Positions 1 to 9,288 of a DNA stretch of 45,942 nt are shown here, in pieces (position 1 is the stretch's first letter; each line of letters begins with the position of its first letter). A program made the translations under genes and the position numbers. A model generated the notes under the pieces. The model searched no databases. It was not told the DNA's origin and was given only the letters and a program-made list of their open reading frames with translations. Source of the DNA: an uncultured Ruminococcus sp. (GTDB lineage: Bacteria > Bacillota > Clostridia > Oscillospirales > CAG-272); the NCBI GenBank assembly GCA_902783755.1, contig CACZSC010000149.1, positions 1 to 45,942 on the forward strand, written 5' to 3'.

Positions 1-1310
1 AGATCTTTCAGATATTCCTCCAGGCACATGCCTGATTCGTGTATCTTGTAAGCGTGGTACCGTCCCACGAACCTGTAATGCCACGGCTCAAACTGTATTC
101 CCGTTATGTCCTCTTTCCCTTCCGGATATCTCAGTATAAAGCCGAATTTCCATGCGTTCTGGTCGAGCCATCTGTATTCATCCGTATCCGCGAATTCGAC
201 CGTCAGGGTCCCCGCGTTGTCCATGTCGACAGCAAGCCCCGTCTGGTGCTCGCTGTACCCCGGCCTGGCCGAATAGCGGGAGACCAGCGCTTCAGCAGCA
301 GCCCTTGTCAGAGAGGGACTGGCCGCCATCTCTTTCTGTACATATGACTCAAACAGGTTTGACTGGTACGTATAGTCTCTGTACCCGCTGTCCACCATCA
401 TTCCGAAATATCCCGCGCTCCTGAGCTCTGTAAACAGTGCCTCGAGAGACATCATGGCATATTCCCTGAGCTGCACCGTCCCGCTCATGTTTCCGTATGT
501 CACCGTTGCAAGATCGGCTGGTGCGCTTCCGTCGTTTATACGGTTTTCCGAGTTCACTAGGACAAGGAATGCGTCCCGCATGTCTCCCTGCGGGTTCATG
601 TACATCTCATACATGGACAGATCATCCGGAAACCACACGTCAGGGACGTCTATGGTGCCGATGTCAACCTTGAGATCCGATGTATCCACTCCGGTCTTGT
701 CGGCCTGCTCCATCGGATCCGTCCGGGAAAGTCTGAACGAGACCGGAAGGTATACAGTGGTATCTTTCGTGGAAAGCTGCTCGTCCGCGATCCTCGCGAC
801 CCTGAGCACAGCCCTGTTTTTGTCATATGATACGGACAGCCCGCTCATATAGTCCCTTATGAAATCGATCGCGACCCACACCTCGTCTCCTTCAAGGAGA
901 TTCGGTATCTCCAGCTTGATCTCCTGCCCGTTTACGATCACCCGCTTGCCATCGGTCAGGAACACGATGTACTCCTCGTCCCCCTGCCCCTCTGAGGTCT
1001 TCGCGGGCTCCCCGCGGATGATGAATTTCATCTCCGAGGCGTTCCCGCTCTCAGCCATGCCCAGGTATTCGGACAGGTCATTGAAACAGAAGTAGGCCCC
1101 GTCAATGGTGACATGTCCCTCCGCCTTCTGTTTGCGCACCTCTTTGCCCCCGTAGTAGTATGTGATGTCTCCGGAAGTCTTCGGAGCGTCTGGGGTCGAG
1201 CAGAAAGCAATGAAGATCACCGTGGCTGCGATCGCTGCGAGAATAAGGAAAATAATCAAAAACACGAGCAATCTTCCGCCTGTGACCCTGAGATTCTCGC
1301 GCCTTTTCAT
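1..1310 (-). CDS. VanY-type D-alanyl-D-alanine carboxypeptidase (peptidase M15B), N-terminally membrane anchored. The C-terminus runs off the left edge.
   Basis: This gene is absent from the ORF track because it has no stop in the window. Hand translation of the minus strand from the ATG at 1310-1308 gives MKRRENLRVTGGRLLVFLIIFLILAAIAATVIF (TM anchor). Further on it gives SEHQTGLAVD (nt 225-254) and EPWHYR (nt ~73-90), the zinc-ligand motifs of VanY/M15B. The frame stays open to nt 3. An in-frame TTG near 1436 is an alternative start. Confidence 0.8.
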   Translation of the reverse strand, partial: MKRRENLRVTGGRLLVFLIIFLILAAIAATVIFIAFCSTPDAPKTSGDITYYYGGKEVRKQKAEGHVTIDGAYFCFNDLSEYLGMAESGNASEMKFIIRGEPAKTSEGQGDEEYIVFLTDGKRVIVNGQEIKLEIPNLLEGDEVWVAIDFIRDYMSGLSVSYDKNRAVLRVARIADEQLSTKDTTVYLPVSFRLSRTDPMEQADKTGVDTSDLKVDIGTIDVPDVWFPDDLSMYEMYMNPQGDMRDAFLVLVNSENRINDGSAPADLATVTYGNMSGTVQLREYAMMSLEALFTELRSAGYFGMMVDSGYRDYTYQSNLFESYVQKEMAASPSLTRAAAEALVSRYSARPGYSEHQTGLAVDMDNAGTLTVEFADTDEYRWLDQNAWKFGFILRYPEGKEDITGIQFEPWHYRFVGRYHAYKIHESGMCLEEYLKD

Positions 1311-1440
1311 CTTTTTCTGTTCTTTTTTTCTCAGGGCGGCCTTTTCTTCGGCTGCCTGTCTCTGCCGCTGGTACTCCCCGTTTGACGGGGAATACCTCTG
1401 GCTGTTTCTCCTGTTCTGATCGTTCTGCTGTTTCAAGGCA

Positions 1441-1998
1441 TTACTCCTTTGTTTCTATGACAACGAAGAACGGGCTGTCCGGAGAGTTAAGCATCTTGAT
1501 CTCCGCGATCCCGTATTCAAATCTGGAAAGAGTGCTGAAATATGCTTCCAGCTCCTTCCCCTCTTCAGCGCCTTCCGGATGGCCGGGGTAGACCGCAACC
1601 AGCAGTACCGCGTCCCTGTCGAGCATCGTCAGGGCTTTTTTCACAGCGGGAAGCGTGGTTGCTCTTTTTGTCGTGAGCGTCTTTCTCCCGGCTCCGGGCA
1701 GGTATCCGAGATTGAACATCCCCGCTTTGATCTTTTCTTTCACGTATTCGTCGGCCAGATCGTGGGATGCCTTTATCAGTTTCCAGTTTCCGGGGCATCC
1801 GGACTGTTTCAGGTTCCTCTCCGTGGAAACAAGGGCGTCTTCCTGTATGTCGAAGGCGTATACCCTTCCGGTCTCCCCCACCGTCTTGCTGAGGAACACC
1901 GTGTCATGCCCGTTTCCCATGGTAAAATCCACGGCACAGTCTCCCTCGCCCAGGTGGTCCAGTATGAACTTTTTCTGAAGCGACAGCAGATCCAGCAT
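1441..1998 (-). CDS. mnmM: YtqB/MnmM-family SAM-dependent methyltransferase (tRNA mnm5s2U34 methyltransferase type)
   Basis: This 185-aa ORF carries DFTMGNGHDTVFL, VYAFDIQ, FNLGYLPG and VYPGHPEG blocks that I recognise from Bacillus subtilis YtqB. Its ATG overlaps the iorB stop by 1 nt (TGATG). Confidence 0.75.
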   Translation of the reverse strand: MLDLLSLQKKFILDHLGEGDCAVDFTMGNGHDTVFLSKTVGETGRVYAFDIQEDALVSTERNLKQSGCPGNWKLIKASHDLADEYVKEKIKAGMFNLGYLPGAGRKTLTTKRATTLPAVKKALTMLDRDAVLLVAVYPGHPEGAEEGKELEAYFSTLSRFEYGIAEIKMLNSPDSPFFVVIETKE

Positions 1999-2591
1999 CA
2001 GTCTGCCTCTGCCAGAGCGACTCCCGCGTCATACGCGGCAAGATTGACGTCAAGCGCCTTCTGAGGGACACATGACGCCACCGCGGCTCTCAGGGTCCCG
2101 TTATCTATGCCCAGTGCTTTCTGAGCGAGCCCTATCAGAGCCACATTCGACGTCTTGGGATTGCCGACCTTCCTTGCTATGGACTCGGTATCGTAGGCTC
2201 TGATATCCACCCCGAGTCCCTTTATATTCTCCACTATGTTTTCAGGATACTCGGCAGCTCCCGTGATGACAGGCATGGGATTGATCTGCTGCAGGGACGT
2301 GATTATGACTCCGTCCGGTTTCAGGTTGGGCAGCCATCTTGCGGCCTCGAGCAGTTCGAATGATATGATGACGTCGCAGTCTCCCCTGCATATCACGGGA
2401 GAGTATACTTCTTCACCGTATCTGACATAGGTCACGACTGATCCGCCTCTCTGGGACATTCCGTGCACTTCCGATACTTTCACGTCGTATCCCTTGTCCA
2501 TTGCCGCTTTCCCGAGTATCTTCGACGCCAGCAGCGATCCCTGACCGCCAACGCCCACTATCATTATGTTCATATTACTCATATTGAGCAC
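1998..2591 (-). CDS. iorB: Indolepyruvate ferredoxin oxidoreductase, beta subunit
   Basis: This 197-aa ORF starts MNIMIVGVGGQGSLLASKILG and continues VHGMSQRGGSV, which is typical of the gamma-like domain of 2-oxoacid:ferredoxin oxidoreductases. It lies directly downstream of iorA. Confidence 0.85.
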   Translation of the reverse strand: MLNMSNMNIMIVGVGGQGSLLASKILGKAAMDKGYDVKVSEVHGMSQRGGSVVTYVRYGEEVYSPVICRGDCDVIISFELLEAARWLPNLKPDGVIITSLQQINPMPVITGAAEYPENIVENIKGLGVDIRAYDTESIARKVGNPKTSNVALIGLAQKALGIDNGTLRAAVASCVPQKALDVNLAAYDAGVALAEAD

Positions 2592-2601
2592 CCCCCTGAG
2601 C

Positions 2602-4332
2602 CTATCCTATCGCCGAAATACGGCACATCTGTTCGCACAGACCGCACCCCACGCATATGGATGCGTCGATCCTGGCCTTTTTATCCACCATTGAAATGCA
2701 CGGGCAGCCGATCTTCATGCAGCTTCTGCACCCGACGCATTTTCCGGTATCCACCTTGAGCGCGGGCTTCCTTACGGCTGTCTTAAGCAGGGCGCAGGGC
2801 CTTCTGCATATGATGACTGACGGGCACTCCGCCTTCACCTCTTCTTTGACAATGTCCTCCAGCGCCTTCAGATCCTGAGGATCCACCGCGCGAATATGCT
2901 CTCTCGGGACGCCGAGGGATGCGCATATGTCCTCGAGACAGAGGTTTGGCGCCGGATCCCCCATCAGGGTCTTTCCCGTAAGAGGGTTGTCCTGATGGCC
3001 CGTCATGCCCGTTATGCTGTTGTCAAGAATAAGGGTCGTGGTATTTCCTCCGTTGTACACAACATTGACGAGGCCGGTGAGTCCGCTGTGCATGAAGGTG
3101 GAATCACCTATCACCGATACCCATTTGTCCTCTTCTCCCCTGACCTTGCAGGCTCCGTGGAGCGATGATATGGAAGCGCCCATACAGTAGACCGTATCTA
3201 TGGCTGACAGAGGCGCCACCGCTCCCAGCGTATAGCAGCCTATGTCGCCGGACACATTGAGCTTCAGCTTTGCCAGAGTATAGAACACGCCCCTGTGGGG
3301 ACATCCCGGGCAGAGCACCGGAGGCCTCGGCGGTATGGGATCCGCCAGTTCGCAATGTGGTCTCTCATCGCCCAGCAGCCTCTCCCTGAGAAGCTCCTCG
3401 GAATACTCCCCGCACATGGGAAGGACTCCGTCCTGCTTTCCTATAACATTGATCCCGAGGGATCTGCAGTGCTCCTCTATGACAGGATCCAGTTCCTCTA
3501 CCACGATTATCATCTCGTGCTTTGAGGCAAAATCGAGTATAAGCTTTCTCGGCAGCGGATTCAGCATCCCCAGTTTCAGATAAGATGCCGTCTTCCCGTA
3601 CGCCTCTTTCGAATAGTTCCAGCAGTTACCTGCCGTTATGATCCCCAGCGCCGTTCCGTTTTCCTCCACCGTGTTGAACGGGCAGTCTTCCGCGTACTCG
3701 GCAAGAGCCGCCAGATGAGCTTCCACGTCGTAATGTCTGCGCTTGGCGTTCGCGGGCATCATGACATGCTTCGCAGCGTCCTTCACGTATGGTTTTACGG
3801 GGATCTCCTCCCTTTCGCCAAGCTCCACCGCAGACCTGCTGTGGCTGACACGGGTGGTAAGCCTGAAGATCACCGGAGTATCAAATCTCTCCGACAGCTC
3901 ATACGCTGCCTTAGCATAGTCCCTGCATTCCCGGGAATTCGCCGGTTCCAGCATCGGAAGCTTTGCGGCTCTGGCATAATGCCTGCTGTCCTGTTCGTTC
4001 TGGGACGAGTGCATCCCGGGGTCGTCCGCCACTCCTATGACCATACCGGCCGAAATGCCGGTATATGCCGTCACAAACAGGGGGTCTGCAGCCACGTTCA
4101 GGCCCACATGCTTCATCCCGCAGAAGGATCTTCCCCCTCCCACGGCCGCGCCCAGAGCAGCTTCAAGCGCAACCTTTTCGTTCGGTGCCCATTCGCTGTA
4201 TACTCCGTCATACAGGGCCGTGTTCTCTGTGATCTCGGTACTGGGAGTCCCGGGATAACTTGACACAAACCTGACGCCCGCCTCGTAAAGGCCTCTGGCC
4301 GCCGCTTCGTTTCCCAACATCAGTTTTCTCAT
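2602..4332 (-). CDS. iorA: Indolepyruvate ferredoxin oxidoreductase, alpha subunit (TPP-binding, two C-terminal 4Fe-4S motifs)
   Basis: This 576-aa ORF has the N-terminal MLGNEAAARGLYEAGV..SSYPGTPSTEI block, the TPP motif GDSTFMHSG..NSITGMTGHQ, and C-terminal CVGCRSCMKIGCPC and CVGCGLCEQMC clusters. Confidence 0.9.
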   Translation of the reverse strand: MRKLMLGNEAAARGLYEAGVRFVSSYPGTPSTEITENTALYDGVYSEWAPNEKVALEAALGAAVGGGRSFCGMKHVGLNVAADPLFVTAYTGISAGMVIGVADDPGMHSSQNEQDSRHYARAAKLPMLEPANSRECRDYAKAAYELSERFDTPVIFRLTTRVSHSRSAVELGEREEIPVKPYVKDAAKHVMMPANAKRRHYDVEAHLAALAEYAEDCPFNTVEENGTALGIITAGNCWNYSKEAYGKTASYLKLGMLNPLPRKLILDFASKHEMIIVVEELDPVIEEHCRSLGINVIGKQDGVLPMCGEYSEELLRERLLGDERPHCELADPIPPRPPVLCPGCPHRGVFYTLAKLKLNVSGDIGCYTLGAVAPLSAIDTVYCMGASISSLHGACKVRGEEDKWVSVIGDSTFMHSGLTGLVNVVYNGGNTTTLILDNSITGMTGHQDNPLTGKTLMGDPAPNLCLEDICASLGVPREHIRAVDPQDLKALEDIVKEEVKAECPSVIICRRPCALLKTAVRKPALKVDTGKCVGCRSCMKIGCPCISMVDKKARIDASICVGCGLCEQMCRISAIG

Positions 4333-4533
4333 TGTTCACCCTTGATAAATATGAATTTTCGTCCGGCTTCACTTGTCTGACTTCTGTCTGAATTATACTA
4401 CAATCCCGCACTCTCCGTCAATGACAGCCAGTCGGTACGGGGCGGTCAAAATCCACTAACTTGTGTCGGATTTCAGCTCCGGTTTCCTACAGTTTCCCGA
4501 TACCCTGAAAGACGGAAAAATCCCCGTGTAAAC

Positions 4534-4562
4534 TTGTCACCCGAGGCAAAGCATGATATAAT
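4534..4562 (+). promoter_or_regulatory. Sigma-A type promoter for the glycoside-hydrolase-like gene
   Basis: TTGTCA (4534-4539), a 17-nt spacer, then TATAAT (4557-4562) preceded by TG at 4554-4555 (extended -10). The ORF-track TTG start at 4534 coincides with the -35 box. Confidence 0.55.
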
Positions 4563-4599
4563 CCTGGGTGAGCAGTTTATATATCATTGCGGGGAGATT

Positions 4600-7536
4600 A
4601 TGAGCAGAATAATAGAGGAGATCCGCTCCTCGGCAGACGAGTTCTCCAGCCTTCCGTTCTGGAGCTGGAACGACCGGCTTGAGCCCGGTGAGCTGAGAAG
4701 GCAGATACGCGACATGAAGCGTCTCAACATGGGAGGATTTTTCATGCACGCGAGAGGCGGGCTCATCACCGAATACATGTCCGATGAATGGTTCGAATGC
4801 ATAAACGCCTGCATAGACGAGGCTGAAAAACTCGGGATGCAGGCCTGGGCGTATGATGAAAACGGCTGGCCCAGCGGGTTCGGAGGCGGTGCTCTCCTGA
4901 AGGATGAAAAGAATTTCGCCACGGCTCTGGAATACAGGTACGGAGGTTTTCCCGCCGTCAGTGACGGGAGCATAGTCTCGGTATATGAGAAAAGGGACGA
5001 CGGCTCATTCGCCAGGATCACCAGGGACAACGGGCGGGACGACTGCCTTATCCTGTACACGAGAAAAGACGACAGCTACGTCGACACGCTCAACCCTGAG
5101 ATCGCGGATCTCTTCATAGAAGCGATATACGAAAAATACCGGGAGAGACTGCCGGAAAACGTTTTCGGCAAAGGCAGGCCCATGCCCGGATTCTTTACGG
5201 ACGAGCCCCAGTACTACAGATGGGGCAACCCCTATTCGGACACTCTTCCCGAGGTGTTTGAAAAGACTTACGGTTATCCGATATTTGACGGCCTTCCTGC
5301 CATTTTCTTCGACTTTGACGGCGCGGACAAGTTCAGATATGACTACTACTATCTGATCCACAGGCTGTTCATAAACGGCTTCATCAAAAAGATATATGAC
5401 TGGTGCGAAAAGAACGGAGTCTGTCTGACAGGCCATGCCGTGGAAGAGACCACACTCAACTCCCAGATGATGTGCGCCGGCAGCGTGATGCCGTTCTATG
5501 AATACGAGACGATCCCCGGCATAGATTATCTGGGCAGACAGATCCTGGACGACCTGTCCTTCAAGCAGCTCGGATCCGCGTGCGCCCAGCTTGGCAAGAA
5601 AAAGAGGATCTCGGAGATGTTCGCATGCTGCGGATGGGACGTGAGCCCCACACAGCTCAAGCGCGTTGCTGAGGCTCAGTACGCTTCCGGCATCAACATG
5701 ATGTGCCAGCACCTGTATCCGTATTCGGAAAGAGGGCAGAGAAAGACAGACTATCCCCTTCACTATTCCGAGCACAACCCGTGGCACGATCATATGGCTG
5801 ATTTCAACGCATATTTCAGGAATCTCGGGGCCATACTGTCAAGAGGCGAGGAATACGCTCCCATACTGGTCATACACCCGATACACGGGGCGTTCTGCAA
5901 ATACAGGAAAAACACCGATTCCCTTGATGAGATCGAAAAGCACCTGTTCAGCCTTTCGAGGTTTCTCGGAGAAAATCAGATACCATACCATTACGGCGAC
6001 GAATGGATGATGCAGCGTATGGCCGAGGTCAGAAACGGCCGGATCCGGGTCGGGCTCTGCGAATATGAAGCTGTAATCGTCCCGTTCACATACTCGCTGG
6101 ACAGGAGCACCGCCGACCTTCTGCGCCGGTTTTCCGAAGAGGGCGGAAAGATATTCCTGTACCGGGGCATCCCGCAGTATATCGACGGAAAGGACGCCGG
6201 CGGTGACCTTGATTTTCTGAGATCAAACATCAGCGAATCGGATCTTCTGGGAATGAGAGACGCGGTCATATCCTGCAACGGCCGGAACATTAAGGCGATC
6301 CGCAAGATGACACGCCTCTCAGACGGTGAAAGGATAGTGTTCATCACCAATACGGGAACTGAGGAATACCCCCGCGTCAGCATCCGCCTTCCCGTGGGGA
6401 ACTGGTCCGAGATCTCGGTGCCAGACCTGTATGAAAAGCCGGTACACACCGAGCCCGGGGAAAAAGGTTTCTCGACAGCAGTTCTTTCGTTTGAAGAAGG
6501 CGAATCACATGTCCTTGTATGTTCTGACACGGACAAAGCCGCCGGCGAGGCGGAACTGCCGCCGGTATATGACAGTTTCATACCCGTCCCCGACAGGATC
6601 AAGCTCGTCTCCTCATCGGAAAACATCCTCACCCTGGATATGCCCGGGTATTCATTTGACGGGGAAAACTACGAAGAGCCCCTGTATATCATGGGAATCC
6701 GCGATATGCTCCTGCGCATGAGACACGAAGGCAGGGTCTGGATCAAGTATGATTTCCGGGCGGAATATGTGCCGCGGGACCTCAGGTTCGTCACCGAACC
6801 CGTGTACAGAAGGATCACGGTGAACGGACACGAGCTTTCAGACAGCTGCGGATGGTGGTTCGACCGCTCTTTCAGATGCTTCAATATCGCCGGTCTGGTC
6901 CGTCCGGGGATCAACCGGATAGTGATCGAGATCGACCATCACCAGAGCGACTATGTCTATCATGTGCTGTATGACGGAGTGTCGGAAGCGCTCAGAAACT
7001 GCATAGTCTTCGACTGTGAGATCGAGTCGTCGTATCTCATCGGTAGTTTCGGACTGAGACCCGATTCTCCCTTCACCTCCGGCAGCAGGGGGACCCTGCT
7101 CTGCGACGGAAACTTCACCATCACGGAAAAGCCGCATGAGATCTCCTCGGAGAACATCGTCGTCTCGGGATATCCGTTCTTCGGAGGCTCCGTCACGACC
7201 GGGTTCACATACACTTACAGGCCCGGGATGCCCACAGTCCTGAATCTGGACGGCCATCATGCCGTGGCTGAGGTTTCCGTTAACGGGAACAAGGCAGGCA
7301 CTCTTCTGTGGACAAAAAAACTCGATGTCGGCAGATATCTCCGGGAAAGCGAAAACGAGATCGATATCACAATAATAAACTCCATGAGAAACACGCTGGG
7401 CCCGCACCATTACATCGAAGACGAGCTGGAACTTGTCGGAAGACAGATGTGGACCTTCGAAAACGAATGGAACGGCAGAGAATGCAAAGTCTACAAAAAG
7501 CGGTATTCGTTCGTTCCCTTCGGGATCAAAAAATAA
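4600..7536 (+). CDS. Large cytoplasmic glycoside-hydrolase-like protein (tentatively GH106-like / jelly-roll glycosylhydrolase family)
   Basis: The ORF spans 4534-7536. I trimmed the start to the ATG at 4600, which follows a GGGGAG RBS (4591-4596). The N-terminal block SSLPFWSWNDRLEPGEL..MGGFFMHARGGL..EYMSDEWF..AWAYDENGWPSGFGGG is one I associate with uncharacterised glycosyl hydrolases of Clostridia. No signal peptide is present. The family assignment is not verified. Confidence 0.6.
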   Translation: MSRIIEEIRSSADEFSSLPFWSWNDRLEPGELRRQIRDMKRLNMGGFFMHARGGLITEYMSDEWFECINACIDEAEKLGMQAWAYDENGWPSGFGGGALLKDEKNFATALEYRYGGFPAVSDGSIVSVYEKRDDGSFARITRDNGRDDCLILYTRKDDSYVDTLNPEIADLFIEAIYEKYRERLPENVFGKGRPMPGFFTDEPQYYRWGNPYSDTLPEVFEKTYGYPIFDGLPAIFFDFDGADKFRYDYYYLIHRLFINGFIKKIYDWCEKNGVCLTGHAVEETTLNSQMMCAGSVMPFYEYETIPGIDYLGRQILDDLSFKQLGSACAQLGKKKRISEMFACCGWDVSPTQLKRVAEAQYASGINMMCQHLYPYSERGQRKTDYPLHYSEHNPWHDHMADFNAYFRNLGAILSRGEEYAPILVIHPIHGAFCKYRKNTDSLDEIEKHLFSLSRFLGENQIPYHYGDEWMMQRMAEVRNGRIRVGLCEYEAVIVPFTYSLDRSTADLLRRFSEEGGKIFLYRGIPQYIDGKDAGGDLDFLRSNISESDLLGMRDAVISCNGRNIKAIRKMTRLSDGERIVFITNTGTEEYPRVSIRLPVGNWSEISVPDLYEKPVHTEPGEKGFSTAVLSFEEGESHVLVCSDTDKAAGEAELPPVYDSFIPVPDRIKLVSSSENILTLDMPGYSFDGENYEEPLYIMGIRDMLLRMRHEGRVWIKYDFRAEYVPRDLRFVTEPVYRRITVNGHELSDSCGWWFDRSFRCFNIAGLVRPGINRIVIEIDHHQSDYVYHVLYDGVSEALRNCIVFDCEIESSYLIGSFGLRPDSPFTSGSRGTLLCDGNFTITEKPHEISSENIVVSGYPFFGGSVTTGFTYTYRPGMPTVLNLDGHHAVAEVSVNGNKAGTLLWTKKLDVGRYLRESENEIDITIINSMRNTLGPHHYIEDELELVGRQMWTFENEWNGRECKVYKKRYSFVPFGIKK

Positions 7537-7563
7537 CTCCTTTACGGAAAGAGGACTTACAAT

Positions 7564-8097
7564 ATGAGAAAGAATCTTGTCAAAGCAGTATCATTGCTGC
7601 TGCTGGCAGTGCTGGCCATGAGCTCCGCCCTTGCCTGCAGTCAGGACCAGTACCTCCCAAGGAACATGAAGGCTGCCTATACCGATGCAGACGCGTTCCG
7701 CTTCTACATCCCGGAAAAATGGAATCTGGATGAAGGGCAGGATTCCGTCAGCGCCTACTACTCCAACTCCGATCCGTCCTCCGTTTCTGTCCTTGCGTGG
7801 GAACTGACTCACACAGATGACACCGTAGACACCTGGTGGGAAACAAACGAACAGGACCTGAAGATGGTATTTTCCGATTACGAGCTGATCTCGCAGGAGA
7901 ACACCACAGTCGACGGCAAGTATGCAAAAAAGTATATTTACACCGCGACCCTCGGGCAGACAAAATTCAAATTCATGCAGGTGGCGTTCGTCAGCTCGGC
8001 CGTTGTCTATCTTTTCACCTACACATCAAAGGAAGCCACCTTTGATTCGCATCTCGACGATGTGAACATGATGCTGGAACACTGGGTACTTAAATAA
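7564..8097 (+). CDS. Hypothetical lipoprotein
   Basis: This 177-aa ORF has a signal peptide MRKNLVKAVSLLLLAVLAMSSALAC with a lipobox (ALAC). An RBS-like AAGAGGA lies upstream. I recognise no domain. Confidence 0.6.
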   Translation: MRKNLVKAVSLLLLAVLAMSSALACSQDQYLPRNMKAAYTDADAFRFYIPEKWNLDEGQDSVSAYYSNSDPSSVSVLAWELTHTDDTVDTWWETNEQDLKMVFSDYELISQENTTVDGKYAKKYIYTATLGQTKFKFMQVAFVSSAVVYLFTYTSKEATFDSHLDDVNMMLEHWVLK

Positions 8098-8098
8098 G

Positions 8099-9283
8099 AT
8101 GCACTATCTGGATAATTCAGCGACGACAGCCCCTTCCGAAAGAGCGAAAGAAGCTTATGTTAGGGCTCTTGATATCTGGGGCAACCCATCGTCCACATAC
8201 TCTATCGGCAGAGATGCCCACGCCTTGCTTGAGTCTTCCAGACAGTCTGTCCTGAAAGCCCTGGGCGCAAAACGGAACGGCGGAGACCTGTTGATATTCA
8301 CTTCAAGCGGAACCGAGGCGAACAATCTGGCTGTAACAGGGTGCGCTCTTTCAAAAACCAGGCGCCCTTCCACTTCCGGACAGCTGGGCACTGTCATAAT
8401 CGGCCTCGGGGAACATCCTTCTGTGGAAAACCCTGCGATGCAGCTGCAGAAGCGGGGCTTTTCCGTTGTCGGCGTACCGACCGTTTCCGGGGTGCTTGAT
8501 CTAGATTTTCTGGAGAGGATCCTTATAAACACAGATTCCCCGGTCATACTGGCCGCGTTCATGCTTGTCAACAACGAGACCGGTGCGCTTTATGACGTCC
8601 GTTCAGCATCTTCACTGGTCAAACGGTATTTCCCAGATGCGAACATTCACTGTGACGCGGTACAGGGATTCATGAAGACAAGGTTCACGCCTTCCTCCAT
8701 AGGAGCCGACACCGTGACTGTAAGCGCCCACAAGATACACGCCCCGAGAGGCGCGGGAGCGCTTTACGTCTCAAAAGAGATCGTCACAAGGAAAAATCTC
8801 GTCCCGGTCATTTTCGGCGGCGGACAGGAATCCGGGTTCCGCAGCGGAACAGAGAATCTCTGCGCCACAAGCGCCTTTGCCGAAGCAGCGGAAGAAAGCC
8901 TCTCGAACTTTGCCAGGAACTCGGAAAAGGTCTCCGAACTGAGACGGCTGCTTGACGACAGACTCGGAACAGTCTGCCCGGAGATACGCTTCAACAGACC
9001 GTCGGGAGATTCCATTGACGGTATCTGCAGCATCATCGTCCCGGGGATCAGAAGCGAGACCATGCTCAATTTCCTCTCCGCAAAGGAGATATTCGTATCG
9101 GCAGGCTCCGCCTGCTCAGCCAGATCCAGGAAGAAAAGTGCGGCCCTCGAAGCCTTCGGCACCTCATCTGATGATGCCGATTCCACCCTGAGGGTCAGCC
9201 TTTCACACACAAATACGGAAGATGACATCGAAGTACTGGTATCCGCCCTCAGGCAGGGGCTCGACCAGCTGGCAAAGAAATAG
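8099..9283 (+). CDS. Cysteine desulfurase family protein (class V aminotransferase, NifS/IscS-like)
   Basis: This 394-aa ORF carries YLDNSATT, FTSSGTEANN, the PLP-lysine block SAHKIHAPRGAGALY, and SAGSACS containing the catalytic Cys. Confidence 0.85.
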   Translation: MHYLDNSATTAPSERAKEAYVRALDIWGNPSSTYSIGRDAHALLESSRQSVLKALGAKRNGGDLLIFTSSGTEANNLAVTGCALSKTRRPSTSGQLGTVIIGLGEHPSVENPAMQLQKRGFSVVGVPTVSGVLDLDFLERILINTDSPVILAAFMLVNNETGALYDVRSASSLVKRYFPDANIHCDAVQGFMKTRFTPSSIGADTVTVSAHKIHAPRGAGALYVSKEIVTRKNLVPVIFGGGQESGFRSGTENLCATSAFAEAAEESLSNFARNSEKVSELRRLLDDRLGTVCPEIRFNRPSGDSIDGICSIIVPGIRSETMLNFLSAKEIFVSAGSACSARSRKKSAALEAFGTSSDDADSTLRVSLSHTNTEDDIEVLVSALRQGLDQLAKK

Positions 9284-9288
9284 GGACA

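Noticed and set aside
39-1419. A series of short plus-strand ORFs at the left edge (39-347, 152-424, 454-852, 859-1095, 1113-1385, 1162-1419).
   Set aside because: They are shadow frames of the minus-strand VanY-like gene. That gene translates into a continuous protein with catalytic motifs, but the track omits it because its stop is off-window.
4534-4599. N-terminal extensions proposed by the longest-ORF rule: a TTG start at 4534, and likewise 10004 for rimP, 18938 for the ABC ATPase, 24922 for the DUF5696-like gene and 35839 for the zinc-ribbon gene.
   Set aside because: The extensions lack an RBS and overlap promoters, leader structures or the upstream gene. Internal ATGs with good RBSs give canonical N-termini (a signal peptide, MLRITNISK, MKQHK.., a Zn-ribbon).
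5005-5793. A 262-aa minus-strand ORF antisense to the glycoside-hydrolase-like gene. Similar long antisense ORFs occur at 13043-13972, 13969-14751, 25443-26285, 30069-30662, 36136-36900, 37698-38243, 42642-43247 and 44522-45070.
   Set aside because: These ORFs lie entirely inside strongly supported genes on the opposite strand. Their compositions are Arg/Gly/Val/His-rich and typical of shadow frames, and they have no RBS. They are artefacts of GC-rich coding DNA.
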